Positions 20,614 through 31,051 of a stretch of 64,000 bases of DNA are shown one piece after another. The stretch is taken from positions 45,728 through 109,727 of IMG/VR virus record IMGVR_UViG_3300029288_000101. One strand, written 5' to 3'. Both the position numbers and the translations under genes were made by a program. This DNA comes from a virus (lineage: Duplodnaviria > Caudoviricetes). Below the pieces are notes generated by a model, which saw nothing but the letters and a program-made list of their open reading frames with translations, did no database searches and was not told where the DNA came from. Numbering within the stretch: the first letter of the stretch is position 1; every line of letters begins with the position of its first letter.

Positions 20614-21141
20614 CTAATTTTTATAAATATAGTTATCTCTGATAATTAATTTTCGTTCAACTGATGCGATTGTATCATGAATTGCTCCTCCATGCGAAAA
20701 CAAAGCAATCTTCTCAACCTTAAATCCTCTATTTAATCCCATTACATTTGAATGATAACCAAATGTAATTACTTTTCCACCTTCTTTCAATACATTTTTT
20801 ATCTCATCTTTTAATTGTCTAAAAGGACTACATTTAATGCCTTTATACATTTCCATACTTTTACGGTAAGCATAAGGAGGATCAAGCAATACTGTATCAA
20901 ATTTTTTGCCTTTCCAAGTTCTTAAAAATTCAACAGCGTCCATTCTATAATCTGCTAATGCTTCTAAATCTAAATCATTCCTAATTTCATTAATATTTAA
21001 TTTTGTTTTACCAGCAAATAAATTCAGCGTTCTCCCTTCGCAATTATCTTCTACCCATTCTCTTATATTTCTAACTCGAAATGTATATCTATGCAATGGA
21101 CATTTAATATAATCAAATAAAGGAGTTTCACTGTTTTTCAT
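20614..21141 (-). CDS. minimal amino-methyltransferase (N6-adenine type)
   Basis: LNLFAG motif I and LLDPPY motif IV. Confidence 0.7.
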   Translation of the reverse strand: MKNSETPLFDYIKCPLHRYTFRVRNIREWVEDNCEGRTLNLFAGKTKLNINEIRNDLDLEALADYRMDAVEFLRTWKGKKFDTVLLDPPYAYRKSMEMYKGIKCSPFRQLKDEIKNVLKEGGKVITFGYHSNVMGLNRGFKVEKIALFSHGGAIHDTIASVERKLIIRDNYIYKN

Positions 21142-21146
21142 AAATT

Positions 21147-21623
21147 TTACTTTAATAATCCACTGATTGTTTTTCTTTCTCTTGAGGCTAATTCGTCAAC
21201 CACCTCATTCCAACGGTTTCCACTATGTCCTTTTACCTTTACGAATTTAACTTTGTTTTTATAGTTTCTTAATTCCTTTATACACTTCAACATTGCTTCC
21301 CAAAGATCTCTATTTTTAATACCAAGATAATTCATTTCCTGCCAACCTTGCCACCAACCCTGATGAAGGCAATTAACAATATAAGCAGAATCACTATGAA
21401 TTAAAATCAAAGAGCGATTTACTTTTTGTTCTATTAATTCTTGGAGACAATTTAACACAGCGGACATTTCCGCACGTTGAGAAGTTGTCGGAGCAGCAAT
21501 CGTTCCAGAATATTCAGTTCTCCCATTTTCAAAACGTATGAGAAATGCCCAACCTCCAAATCGTTCTTCATCAGGCAAACGATTGTTGCAACTACCGTCA
21601 GTATATACAATAATTTCTTTCAA
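21147..21623 (-). CDS. rnhA: ribonuclease HI
   Basis: YTDGSC, T.QRAEM, SDS.Y, KN.DLW, VKGHSG...NE.VD.LA. Confidence 0.93.
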   Translation of the reverse strand: MKEIIVYTDGSCNNRLPDEERFGGWAFLIRFENGRTEYSGTIAAPTTSQRAEMSAVLNCLQELIEQKVNRSLILIHSDSAYIVNCLHQGWWQGWQEMNYLGIKNRDLWEAMLKCIKELRNYKNKVKFVKVKGHSGNRWNEVVDELASRERKTISGLLK

Positions 21624-21631
21624 TTTAAAAT

Positions 21632-21949
21632 TTATTTTTCAAGTACTTCGTGATTCTGAATGGAGATTTCCGCTGTCTTTAAATTGCACTCTTTACAAGT
21701 ACATTTTTTGGTTCTTACTATTATGGTTTGCTTTAATTCTTTAAATATGGTTTTCAATTTTTCTAAAACCAAATTTATGTTTTGTTCTTCAACAGAAACT
21801 GTCATCGTCTCATTAAATATAGACACCACAGCATAATTATAAAGATCTCTAATTATTAAAATTGATTCGTGGTGATTAACTTTTGAAGAACCTTCAAAAG
21901 AGGCAATCTCTTCGCCTTCCTTTGTCCAAACCTTAACAAAATTTATCAT
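21632..21949 (-). CDS. hypothetical protein
   Basis: 105-aa ORF. Confidence 0.55.
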   Translation of the reverse strand: MINFVKVWTKEGEEIASFEGSSKVNHHESILIIRDLYNYAVVSIFNETMTVSVEEQNINLVLEKLKTIFKELKQTIIVRTKKCTCKECNLKTAEISIQNHEVLEK

Positions 21950-21963
21950 TATTTTATTAATTT

Positions 21964-22242
21964 TTAAAATCCAATATCTCTAAAAACTTTATAATGGTAA
22001 TAAGGAAGATGTTTCCAAATCCGTTCAATAACTTCTTTTTTAATTTCTTCAACAGTAAATTCATCTGAATAATTACACCCTCTTTCTTCTACAAATCCTT
22101 TTACTTTAAAGTAAGGTATATTATTTTCTTTAATCTCTATTTTACAAATTTGAAAAACTATCTCTTCTTTTGTACCAATAAATGCTTTATTATCTTCTAA
22201 TTTGACTGCACAATAAGAATATGTTGTTATAGACCCTGCCAT
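21964..22242 (-). CDS. hypothetical protein
   Basis: 92-aa ORF. Confidence 0.6.
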   Translation of the reverse strand: MAGSITTYSYCAVKLEDNKAFIGTKEEIVFQICKIEIKENNIPYFKVKGFVEERGCNYSDEFTVEEIKKEVIERIWKHLPYYHYKVFRDIGF

Positions 22243-22275
22243 AAACTTTTATTTAATTATTCAAAAATATTATCT

Positions 22276-23469
22276 TTATCCTTTTATAACAGCTAATGGT
22301 TTTAATTCTACTAAAATCCTTACAAGATCTTTCTGATTCTCCATCACAACATCAATATCTTTATAAGCATTCGATGCTTCATCTAAATCCGATATATTTT
22401 TCATCTCATGAAGAATGCCTTGCTCATCCATAAGTCTAATTTCATCCTCGAGATTTAAAGTTCTTGTTGCAGCAGCTCTTCCCATTTTACGACCAACACC
22501 ATGTGAACAAGATTTAAATGATTGTTCATTACCAAGTCCTTCAACAATATAAGATTTTGTTCCTTGAGAACCAGGAATAATCCCAATCTCATGTAATCTT
22601 GCTGAAGTTGCTCCTTTACGATGAACTAAAACATTAGAATTAAAATGATTTTCCCATCTTGCATAATTATGTTCAACATCAATAAACATATTACTATTAA
22701 AAGGATAAACTGTTGACTTTGGAATAACTTCAGAGAATAAATCTATTATTCTCTGCATCATTAAATTTCTATTTAAAAATGCAAATCGTATACAAAATTC
22801 CATTTCAGCAATATATTTCTTTGCTTCATCTGTTTGAATAGGTAAAAATGCTAATTCTTTTGATTTTTCAATAGAGGAATACCATTGTTTATTTAGTTTC
22901 ACTGCGATATTATTGTAATAATCTGCAACTTTTTTACCCAAGTTACGAGAGCCTGAATGGATCATAATCCAAATATGTCCATCATTACCTCTTTGAATTT
23001 CAATGAAATGATTTCCTCCACCAAGCGTACCAATTTGATATCGAGCGGATTCAAATTCTTGAAGAGTAATAAAGTTAAAATCAGAAAGATTCGTTCCGGA
23101 AACCAAAGGCATTAATTTTATATCTTGGGGTGCTACATGATGATTAAATCCACAAGGAATTCTTTCATGTATTAATTCTACTATAGAGGATAACTCATCC
23201 TTAGATATTGAAGTTAAGGATGTTTTAACTGCACACATTCCACAGCCAATATCTGCACCTACAGCGTTTGGAACGACAACATCCTTTGTTGCAATTATAC
23301 CACCTATTGGCATGCCATAGCCTTTATGACAATCAGGCATTAAAGCCACATGCTTAAAAACAAAAGGCAAATTTGCTAAATTATGAGCCTGTATTAATGG
23401 TTCAGACTCAATATCGGAACACCAAGATTTTATAGGCACTTTTAAACCGTTTGCAATTACTTCTTTCAT
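22276..23469 (-). CDS. rtcB: RtcB RNA ligase
   Basis: MPDCH.G, VG.DIGCGM, GTLGGGNHF, HSGSR, HNY, HRKGAT, IPGSQG, SHG.GR, AYKD. Confidence 0.95.
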   Translation of the reverse strand: MKEVIANGLKVPIKSWCSDIESEPLIQAHNLANLPFVFKHVALMPDCHKGYGMPIGGIIATKDVVVPNAVGADIGCGMCAVKTSLTSISKDELSSIVELIHERIPCGFNHHVAPQDIKLMPLVSGTNLSDFNFITLQEFESARYQIGTLGGGNHFIEIQRGNDGHIWIMIHSGSRNLGKKVADYYNNIAVKLNKQWYSSIEKSKELAFLPIQTDEAKKYIAEMEFCIRFAFLNRNLMMQRIIDLFSEVIPKSTVYPFNSNMFIDVEHNYARWENHFNSNVLVHRKGATSARLHEIGIIPGSQGTKSYIVEGLGNEQSFKSCSHGVGRKMGRAAATRTLNLEDEIRLMDEQGILHEMKNISDLDEASNAYKDIDVVMENQKDLVRILVELKPLAVIKG

Positions 23470-23897
23470 TTGTTATTTTTTAAAAATCTTGTTGATTCTA
23501 ATACTGGTAAGTTTGTTTCTGTTGGAACATAAATAACATTATTTGATTTATCTATATTATCAATCCAAAACCAATGCAAATAAGCATCAGTTAATGACGC
23601 TCCAATTATTTGATTTGTTCTTGCTATTCCATGTGCTCTAACAGTATCAGCAGAAGCAAGCATATATGAACTTTCTAATTTTGCCTTTGCTTCGCAAACG
23701 GTTACTTCTTTTGATGATTGAGCATGTGCAAGTAACGATTCACCTTCTTTAGTTTGATTATAAACCTTATATTGTGGACATCCCCACATACCAAGAATTA
23801 TAAATCCAATAATTCCAAGTATAATAGATGTACTCCATCTCATTATACTTCTTGCTAATCTCATTCCTTCAATTGTATTTTCATCATACTGTTTCAT
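23466..23897 (-). CDS. membrane protein, SPFH/band-7-associated-like
   Basis: TM helix, P.Y.VY...G, YL...WI, VIYVPTE..LP. Confidence 0.55.
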   Translation of the reverse strand: MKQYDENTIEGMRLARSIMRWSTSIILGIIGFIILGMWGCPQYKVYNQTKEGESLLAHAQSSKEVTVCEAKAKLESSYMLASADTVRAHGIARTNQIIGASLTDAYLHWFWIDNIDKSNNVIYVPTETNLPVLESTRFLKNNK

Positions 23898-23926
23898 TTT
23901 TGTTTCTCCTATTTTTTAATTAATAA

Positions 23927-24178
23927 TTAAAATTTCTTACATTTTTTATAATTTTTAATTATTATTTCAAATGTTTCTTTACTAAGAAAAAAATTATTTA
24001 CTCTAATTTTATTTTTTAATGAATAAAAATTACACGCTGGTTTATTATGATTTTTAGGATCATATTCTATTACAGAAATAGCTATTTCCTTAGCTTTGTT
24101 TATTGACAATATTATTCTCTTATTATAAAGTCTTGTTACTATTCCGTTAGAATAAATTTTATTTGTAAGTCTTTTCAT
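23927..24178 (-). CDS. hypothetical protein
   Basis: 83-aa ORF overlapping its neighbour. Confidence 0.55.
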   Translation of the reverse strand: MKRLTNKIYSNGIVTRLYNKRIILSINKAKEIAISVIEYDPKNHNKPACNFYSLKNKIRVNNFFLSKETFEIIIKNYKKCKKF

Positions 24179-24588
24179 ACTTTATGTTTTAAAAATATTT
24201 TGTCAATCATTTCAATAAGGTCTAATACATCTGAATTTTTGCGTTTTTCGAATTCTTCTTTTAATCCTTCTAAAAGTTGCTCTCTCGTTATGCGCTGAGG
24301 TATGTTTAATGTATCTAACAAACTACATTGCGTAGCAACAGGTTGTTTGAGACGATACGCAAATTTTCCTTTTGTCACTGAATGAAAACAAATTTTATTT
24401 GCATCAGTCCTTTCAAACAAATTTGTATTACTATAAAGGAATATTAATATGTTTGACCACGCCCAGCCATGATATTTATAATCTAACTTCCTTCGCAAAA
24501 TATAAGAAGTATACCAGCAGCCATCGTTCATTATGGGTGCTATTATCTGAAGTAAATTATCAACGGTTCTTTTGTTTGTTGTTTTCAT
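24175..24588 (-). CDS. hypothetical protein
   Basis: 137-aa ORF. Confidence 0.6.
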   Translation of the reverse strand: MKTTNKRTVDNLLQIIAPIMNDGCWYTSYILRRKLDYKYHGWAWSNILIFLYSNTNLFERTDANKICFHSVTKGKFAYRLKQPVATQCSLLDTLNIPQRITREQLLEGLKEEFEKRKNSDVLDLIEMIDKIFLKHKV

Positions 24589-24601
24589 ATATCTGTTAAA
24601 T

Positions 24602-25027
24602 CTAAAAATAATTCAAGTTTCTATTTGTTGCGCTTAATTTTAAAACTTCTTCCCATTCCCATTCGTAACATTTCTTTAATATAACTTGAGCTAATCTGTC
24701 GCCTTGTTTGAATATAAATGGTTGTTTTGAACAATTATGTACTATCAATTTTATTTCATTACGATAGTTTTCGTCAATAGTACCTGGAGAGTTTAAAATA
24801 AATACGCTTGTTGTCGCCGCCAGGCCACTACGACTTCTAATTTGAAATTCATAACCTTCAGGCAATTCAACAAACAAGCCTGTGCCTATAACTTTTGTAT
24901 CACCTGAATGTAAACATACAACAGGATCAGTTCCAGGTAAATCAGCTCTTAAATCCATACCAGCATCGCCTATATGTTCATACTGAGGGAGGGGATTCTT
25001 TGATTTGTTAATAATTCTTACTTTCAT
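24602..25027 (-). CDS. dut: trimeric dUTPase, C-terminal motif V truncated
   Basis: AGMDL, RSRSGLA, NSPGTIDENYR, GDRLAQ; ends RNLNYF without GFGSTG. Confidence 0.9.
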   Translation of the reverse strand: MKVRIINKSKNPLPQYEHIGDAGMDLRADLPGTDPVVCLHSGDTKVIGTGLFVELPEGYEFQIRSRSGLAATTSVFILNSPGTIDENYRNEIKLIVHNCSKQPFIFKQGDRLAQVILKKCYEWEWEEVLKLSATNRNLNYF

Positions 25028-25095
25028 ATAGTTTTTCTTCTTAAATATTGCCCCGAAAGATTTAATTTATTAACTTTGTTAAATAAAAATCTCAA

Positions 25096-25335
25096 TTAAT
25101 TCTTTTTTTTCTTATACAGGAAAGAGATTGCTTCGTTTTTTAAAAATTCAGAAACTTCTTTTTCATTCATGGGTTCTTCACCAAGCAATCGCAAACAGCT
25201 CTCAAAACCCTTTATAAAATTTATAACATCTCGCCAATCTTTTTTCTCTACACTTCTTAAAAATTCTATGTCTTTCAAAGATAATTCTCGTTGAAGCTCT
25301 TTTTTAAAGGCGTTTTTATCAAAAATTATGGCCAT
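25096..25335 (-). CDS. hypothetical protein
   Basis: 79-aa ORF. Confidence 0.5.
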   Translation of the reverse strand: MAIIFDKNAFKKELQRELSLKDIEFLRSVEKKDWRDVINFIKGFESCLRLLGEEPMNEKEVSEFLKNEAISFLYKKKKN

Positions 25336-25474
25336 TTAAGACTGTTTTTGTGTTTAATTTTAAAATTTTAAGTATTTCCTTATTAAAGGAATTGATAATG
25401 TCAAACAGTCTTCTTTTCTACTGTTTTAATTATCTATAAAGGTACAATGTTTTTTACAATTTTATTTTACTGTT

Positions 25475-25780
25475 TTAAGAATATATTGAAATTTTTTGAT
25501 TCTTACTAAATGAAACCTTGTTTGTTTTTTTATTTTCCAACCATTGCTCAAGCTCTATCACTGTAGACTTTGAATTTTGACCAATTTTTAATTTTATAAA
25601 ATCAGAAACATTATACCCGATAAATTTATACATTGTTCCTCCGTCCAATTCATTAGTAGGATTATCCTCAAAACTTTTTATTAACCAATACTCAAACTCC
25701 TTTAAATTCTCTACTACAAGAATTTGATTCCCTTGTCCAACTATTGTTTCTAATATCAATGTTCTTATTTGCGAATCCAT
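25475..25780 (-). CDS. hypothetical protein
   Basis: 101-aa ORF. Confidence 0.6.
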   Translation of the reverse strand: MDSQIRTLILETIVGQGNQILVVENLKEFEYWLIKSFEDNPTNELDGGTMYKFIGYNVSDFIKLKIGQNSKSTVIELEQWLENKKTNKVSFSKNQKISIYS

Positions 25781-25786
25781 AACAAA

Positions 25787-26416
25787 TTAATTAACAAGTT
25801 CGTGTTTTATTTTATTTATCTTCTCTTTAATTGAATTAAATAATCTATAATATTCATTTTCATTAATAGAATTATCTTTTATAAAATCTTTAATCTTAAT
25901 TTGCTCTATTTTCGATAAAAAAACTTTTTCTTCTTTTTCTGTTAAGTTTAAGATTTTGCTATAATAGCCTAAAAAATCTGCTCTTGATTCTTCTGTTATT
26001 TTTAAATTAAGAAAATTTTTATGATTTTCAATCTTTAAATTCCTCAAATAACTTTCATCCATTATTCTCTTCAGACCTCTAGTCAAGGAAGTATTAAAAT
26101 ACCAAAAAAAATCCTTACCACTCTTAGTATTAAAAGAACTTTGAATACACCGTTCAAAAATTATATAACATTCATTAATCAAATCCTCTTTTGTGTAAAT
26201 GCAAGGTTTATCAAAATTTCTTATAAAATAAAAAAAATTATTTATATTTTTTATAATGATTACACCCATGCTTCTAAACAAAGACAATTTATATTGTTCT
26301 ACTATTTTAGCATTTTTGCACTTACGACAAATCATTAAATAACAATTAGTTTTTCTTTTATCAAAGCCTCTTTCGATTTTAGACAAAGAATAATAAGAAA
26401 TTTTTTCTATTTTCAC
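25787..26416 (-). CDS. sigma-70-like phage transcription factor
   Basis: EDLINE.YI.F..CI..F......F.WYF (region 2-like); LTEKE..V...I.EK (region 4-like). Confidence 0.55.
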   Translation of the reverse strand: MKIEKISYYSLSKIERGFDKRKTNCYLMICRKCKNAKIVEQYKLSLFRSMGVIIIKNINNFFYFIRNFDKPCIYTKEDLINECYIIFERCIQSSFNTKSGKDFFWYFNTSLTRGLKRIMDESYLRNLKIENHKNFLNLKITEESRADFLGYYSKILNLTEKEEKVFLSKIEQIKIKDFIKDNSINENEYYRLFNSIKEKINKIKHELVN

Positions 26417-26441
26417 TATGCTAAAATTTTAAATTAATTTC

Positions 26442-26789
26442 TTAATTCTTTCCTGTTTTATCGAATCTTCTTATCATTTCTACTTGTTTTTCCTTTACAT
26501 TTTTCAAAAAATGTTGATGGCTGCGCTTTTTCAATTCAGCCTTCTTTTGTTCTGGTGTCATAGAACCTATTTTTGCAAAAGAAATAGACAGCAAATCACT
26601 CCTAGAATCTTCTGCAGAGTTTATTCCTTTACTATAAAGAATCTCACCACATCTATCACAAGCTTCTGGCTCAAATTCATCGCCATATGGTTTTGTAATT
26701 ATTACCATTTTATGATAACCATTACAATTTATATTATTACACCAATATAAAAAATCGCAAGAATCCTCTGATTTATATACTTTCATCAC
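26442..26789 (-). CDS. zinc-ribbon (FmdB-like) protein
   Basis: Y.C...C ... CDRCG. Confidence 0.55.
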   Translation of the reverse strand: MMKVYKSEDSCDFLYWCNNINCNGYHKMVIITKPYGDEFEPEACDRCGEILYSKGINSAEDSRSDLLSISFAKIGSMTPEQKKAELKKRSHQHFLKNVKEKQVEMIRRFDKTGKN

Positions 26790-26814
26790 ATTTTTATTTT
26801 AAAATATTCTTTAT

Positions 26815-27279
26815 TTAATTTAATTCGTTTATCGCTAATTCTCTTATCCACATAGCATCTGCAACGTTATCGTCCGCTCCTCTATATCCTAATTTTTTTA
26901 TAGCAGCCTGAACCATAAGTTTTTTATTTGCATTTCCCTTCCCAGTTGCAAACTTTTTTATCTCACTTGCGGAAAAACCTCTTGTTGGAATATCATTCTC
27001 AATACCAAACTTCTCTATCACCCCCACAAATTTACTATGGGAGATAACAGCATTAGCATGAAAACCAGAAGGTCGTTCATAAACTATGTATTCAATTTTT
27101 TCTTTTTTAACTATTTCTTCAATATTATTATTAAAGCGCATCAATTTTATACCAAATCCCGCTTCATCCCTTTTTAATTTAAAATCCCAGACCCCATACA
27201 AACCAGAAGATGTTGCGAACCCTGTTTTTTCTGCGGGATCAATTGCTAATATTCTTAACTGCTTCTTTTTTTCTTTCAT
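26815..27279 (-). CDS. ruvC: RuvC-like Holliday junction resolvase
   Basis: ILAIDP, IVYE, IKKFATGKGNA.K, DNVADA. Confidence 0.88.
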   Translation of the reverse strand: MKEKKKQLRILAIDPAEKTGFATSSGLYGVWDFKLKRDEAGFGIKLMRFNNNIEEIVKKEKIEYIVYERPSGFHANAVISHSKFVGVIEKFGIENDIPTRGFSASEIKKFATGKGNANKKLMVQAAIKKLGYRGADDNVADAMWIRELAINELN

Positions 27280-27289
27280 AACTTCATTT

Positions 27290-28099
27290 TTATTTTAATT
27301 TAAAATCTGTACCATTCTTAATCACATCAGAATAAGTTAAATTACAATACTCATCAATCCAATCAGCTATAAAAAATAGTTTTGTACACCCAACCACTAC
27401 ACCAAAAACAATAGGATCTTTTGGTTTTGGTTTTTCTGTATAATACACATTTTTTATTTTCTCCTTATCATAATACAAAATATAAAAATTATCAAATATC
27501 TTTAATTTATCAGCTTTATTTATTTTTTGACAAACTCCATTTGGTATTATTTTATCAAAATTATCAATTTCAACCAAACACAACCCTCTTTTACTAGATT
27601 TTATAAAATTAATCAAAGATTCTTCTGTTTGATATCTATTAAATTCAGTAGAAGCAAGTTTATTCTCTATTTCAATTATTTCCTTATCATCTAATAATCC
27701 TTTTCTTGCTTTTACTTGCATAGAAGTTTCTAAATCATTTAAAAGTTTTTTAATAATTTCTTCTTCTTTTAAATTAATCTTTAAAGTAGTAAGTGCTGCT
27801 CTTATCTTAAGAAAAGTCTCAACTGGTTCTTTTGGTTTTGATTTCAAAAACAATAAAAATTTAATATAAGATTCAACTAAATTTCTTCTAAATTTATTTT
27901 TATAAATTCTTTTTATAGTAAAAGGTATTCCATCCCAAATATTTTCTGATCTAATTTGTTGTTCCCACGCATTGTTTCCAGTTATATCAGTCAATACTGA
28001 TGTTACTCCATCTGAGAGGGGTTTCTTATCTTTTGATAAATTATAATTAATCCTAACTGGATGTAGCATTAATATTTGTTTTAAATCATTTGATAACAT
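27290..28099 (-). CDS. conserved phage hypothetical protein
   Basis: FDNFYILYYD...KDPIVFG...LFFIADWIDEYC. Confidence 0.65.
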   Translation of the reverse strand: MLSNDLKQILMLHPVRINYNLSKDKKPLSDGVTSVLTDITGNNAWEQQIRSENIWDGIPFTIKRIYKNKFRRNLVESYIKFLLFLKSKPKEPVETFLKIRAALTTLKINLKEEEIIKKLLNDLETSMQVKARKGLLDDKEIIEIENKLASTEFNRYQTEESLINFIKSSKRGLCLVEIDNFDKIIPNGVCQKINKADKLKIFDNFYILYYDKEKIKNVYYTEKPKPKDPIVFGVVVGCTKLFFIADWIDEYCNLTYSDVIKNGTDFKLK

Positions 28100-28126
28100 A
28101 AGAATATATTTTTAATTTATTTTCTT

Positions 28127-29998
28127 TTATTCTGTAATCATTTTAGAAACATTGTTTTTAAAACTGACTAATATCTGATTGTCCCATCCAATGTCGTTAT
28201 TGTGATGACTCACCACCAATGTCGTTATTTCACTTTTTTTAAAAATTTCAAGCACTGCTGCCTGTCCTTTATTATCTAGTCCTTCTAAATATTCATCCAT
28301 TAACAACAAATCTAAACCGCCACTCTTTGATGTCGAGTTTATCATTCGCTGAAGGGTCAAAATGCCACAACTATTAATGCGCTGTTTTTGACCACCAGAA
28401 AATCGTTTAAAATTTTTATACGTTCCATCTCCTTTTCCCACTAATATATCTATCTTTTCAGATATTTTTCCATTCTTTAATTTTTTGTAACCATTAATAA
28501 TGATGGTGAGATTTGTTTTGAATTGTTTTAAATATTTGTTTACATAACCTTCAATGAATATTAATGCTTTATTTGCTAAATAAGTTGAAAAGCCTGAGTT
28601 TCCAAAATTAACTTTCCAAAACTTTAATTCATTCATCTTATTCTCTAAGCCTAACAACTCATCTTTCAAAATAGTCATTTGCTTTTTTATTTTTCCTATC
28701 AATCCAACAAGCTCTATAATTTTAGTCTTATTAATTGTGTAATTTTGAATGTCCTTAATGGTCTTCTCAATCTTCTCAATATTATCTTTCTTAGTTCTAA
28801 CACTTTCATTAAAAAAATCTAAATCATTCTTCTTATTATTTAGCTTTCTCTCAAAACTATCTAATAAATCTACTGATTCTTTTTGTTTACTCAATTTCAC
28901 TTTTAACTCCACTATATTTTGCTCAAATTTTTCTATTTGAGATTCTACAGCAATAGACTCTTCTTCATACTTCTTAAGCAATTTTTTTACAATTCCTAAA
29001 TTTATTTCTGGAGAGGTAAACGAAAATTCATGGCTACATTTAGGACAAGTTATTGATTGCTTTAATATTTTTTTATTTTCAACAATTTTATAAGAAAGTG
29101 AAGCATGATTTTCTTCTTTTACTTCAAGTTCTTTTCTCTTATTTTCAATATCTTCTTTTATCTTTTTTATTGTTCCTGGTTTTTGTTTTTCTTTCAATTC
29201 CATTAATTGAATACCTAATTCATTTACAGAGTCTCTTATAACTACTCGCTCCTCTATTGTATCTTTTAAAACCTGCTTTGTTTCTTTTAAAAGATTATTC
29301 TGTACCTTTAATTGTTCTTCTATTAATTGCTCTTTATTCTTTTGTTCATTTTCAAGCTGTTCCTTATAAACTTCCAACTTTCCTTCAAAATTAACTAATT
29401 TAGAAGACGCTTCCTCATATTTAATACTCAATTTTTTTAAATCTTCATCTATAAATCTTAAAACTCTCTCTAACATCACTGAATTAGTAAACCTGGCAAT
29501 GATTCTTTTCTTCTCACCATCAGTAGATTTAAAGAAAGAACTACTGTTCTCTTGATTAATTAAAAAATAATCCAACAAATCTTCTTTAGAAATCCCTATT
29601 AATTCCAATATTCTTTTATTAGCATCATCAACAGAAACTAAATTTTTCTCTATTTTACCGTTTTCTTCAATAGTTACCACTTCAGATTTTCCTCGCTCAA
29701 ACTTCCGTTTGATGAGCAATTCCTTCTTCAAAAACTTGTTGACTAATAATCCTTCCAAGAAGCATGTTTTTCTTCCATCTCTGATATAATCCTCTTTTAA
29801 AATATCACGATTTGTTATGTCAAGTAACAATATAGAGATTGCTTCTATTATTGAAGATTTTCCGGAGCCATTTGAGTCAGCTCCCTCATCATCTAAATTT
29901 AAACCGTATAAAAGTGTGGTTTGGTTTGATAAGGGTTCTATTAAAGTATCTTTATGAGAACGAAAATTTTGAATTTTAATATAACTTAATTGCCACAT
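28127..29998 (-). CDS. SbcC/Rad50/gp46-like ATPase
   Basis: NGSGKS, coiled coil, CPKC zinc hook, FSGGQ, LLMDE, VSH. Confidence 0.92.
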   Translation of the reverse strand: MWQLSYIKIQNFRSHKDTLIEPLSNQTTLLYGLNLDDEGADSNGSGKSSIIEAISILLLDITNRDILKEDYIRDGRKTCFLEGLLVNKFLKKELLIKRKFERGKSEVVTIEENGKIEKNLVSVDDANKRILELIGISKEDLLDYFLINQENSSSFFKSTDGEKKRIIARFTNSVMLERVLRFIDEDLKKLSIKYEEASSKLVNFEGKLEVYKEQLENEQKNKEQLIEEQLKVQNNLLKETKQVLKDTIEERVVIRDSVNELGIQLMELKEKQKPGTIKKIKEDIENKRKELEVKEENHASLSYKIVENKKILKQSITCPKCSHEFSFTSPEINLGIVKKLLKKYEEESIAVESQIEKFEQNIVELKVKLSKQKESVDLLDSFERKLNNKKNDLDFFNESVRTKKDNIEKIEKTIKDIQNYTINKTKIIELVGLIGKIKKQMTILKDELLGLENKMNELKFWKVNFGNSGFSTYLANKALIFIEGYVNKYLKQFKTNLTIIINGYKKLKNGKISEKIDILVGKGDGTYKNFKRFSGGQKQRINSCGILTLQRMINSTSKSGGLDLLLMDEYLEGLDNKGQAAVLEIFKKSEITTLVVSHHNNDIGWDNQILVSFKNNVSKMITE

Positions 29999-30012
29999 AA
30001 AGTTCTACTGTG

Positions 30013-31032
30013 TCAGAGTTTCTTTAAATAACATAACCCTGTTGACATTTTATTTTTTTTAATTTTATTGTCTTCACAAAACTGATGGAAGGATTCAATT
30101 ATACTACTCTTATTAAATCCTTCAAAAACTATTTCTTGCACAACCTCAATAGATTTTGTTATCTTAATGTCTTCCTTCTTTACATCAATACCAACTTTTT
30201 CAAATTGTTTTTTATCTATTTGAACTAATTGATCGTCACTACCCTTAAAAACAAATCTCACGAAATTTTCTGAATTGGCATATTTTTCTTTAGCTTCCTG
30301 AATCTCTTCTAATCCCACTTCTCCTAATACAAAAACTTTCTTTATATATTTCTTAAAGTTTAAAGATTGATACTCAAAGCTGCCATCATCATAAAGTACA
30401 ATAAAACCTTTCTTATTATCTTCTCCATAATTTTGAGGACATAACCCTCCGATATAATGAATATTGTTCCCTATTTGCTGACGATTATGGTAATGCCCAA
30501 GAAATACATTTTTGAATGGCTTTAATAAAGAAGGACTCACACCATCTTCTACTACAGAACCATCATTATTCTTAGCACCATTAGCTGAAAAATGTGATAT
30601 TAAAATTTTATCTCCTTCTACACTATCAATTAAAGATTTTAATCTTTCTGTCATTTGTGTTTTAAAATAAGGTAAAAAACAAACAGAAAGATTCTCAATC
30701 TCAACCACCACTTGTTTATTAGCTAAAAAGAAATTTGAAAATTCATTATACACATCTAAATAAGATTGTTCACTATCAGCATCTTGCTTATCGTGATTGC
30801 CAGGTACGGCAAAAATCTGAAAATCTTTTAAGCAATATAATATTTTCTGAAAACCTAATAATGTTGGTAGAGGTTGTCCAACACGAGACTGAAATATATC
30901 ACCAGCAATGATTATATTATTAATTTGATTTTCTTTTGCATAAACCTTAATCTGTTTAATCAAAGACAAAATAGAATCTGAATTAAGTTTTGTTAAATGG
31001 ATATCTGATATAAGAATTGCTATTTTCTTCAT
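30013..31032 (-). CDS. SbcD/Mre11/gp47-like nuclease
   Basis: SDIH, AGDIF, GNHD, SH, GHYH. Confidence 0.92.
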   Translation of the reverse strand: MKKIAILISDIHLTKLNSDSILSLIKQIKVYAKENQINNIIIAGDIFQSRVGQPLPTLLGFQKILYCLKDFQIFAVPGNHDKQDADSEQSYLDVYNEFSNFFLANKQVVVEIENLSVCFLPYFKTQMTERLKSLIDSVEGDKILISHFSANGAKNNDGSVVEDGVSPSLLKPFKNVFLGHYHNRQQIGNNIHYIGGLCPQNYGEDNKKGFIVLYDDGSFEYQSLNFKKYIKKVFVLGEVGLEEIQEAKEKYANSENFVRFVFKGSDDQLVQIDKKQFEKVGIDVKKEDIKITKSIEVVQEIVFEGFNKSSIIESFHQFCEDNKIKKNKMSTGLCYLKKL

Positions 31033-31051
31033 AATTTTTCTATAAAATAAC

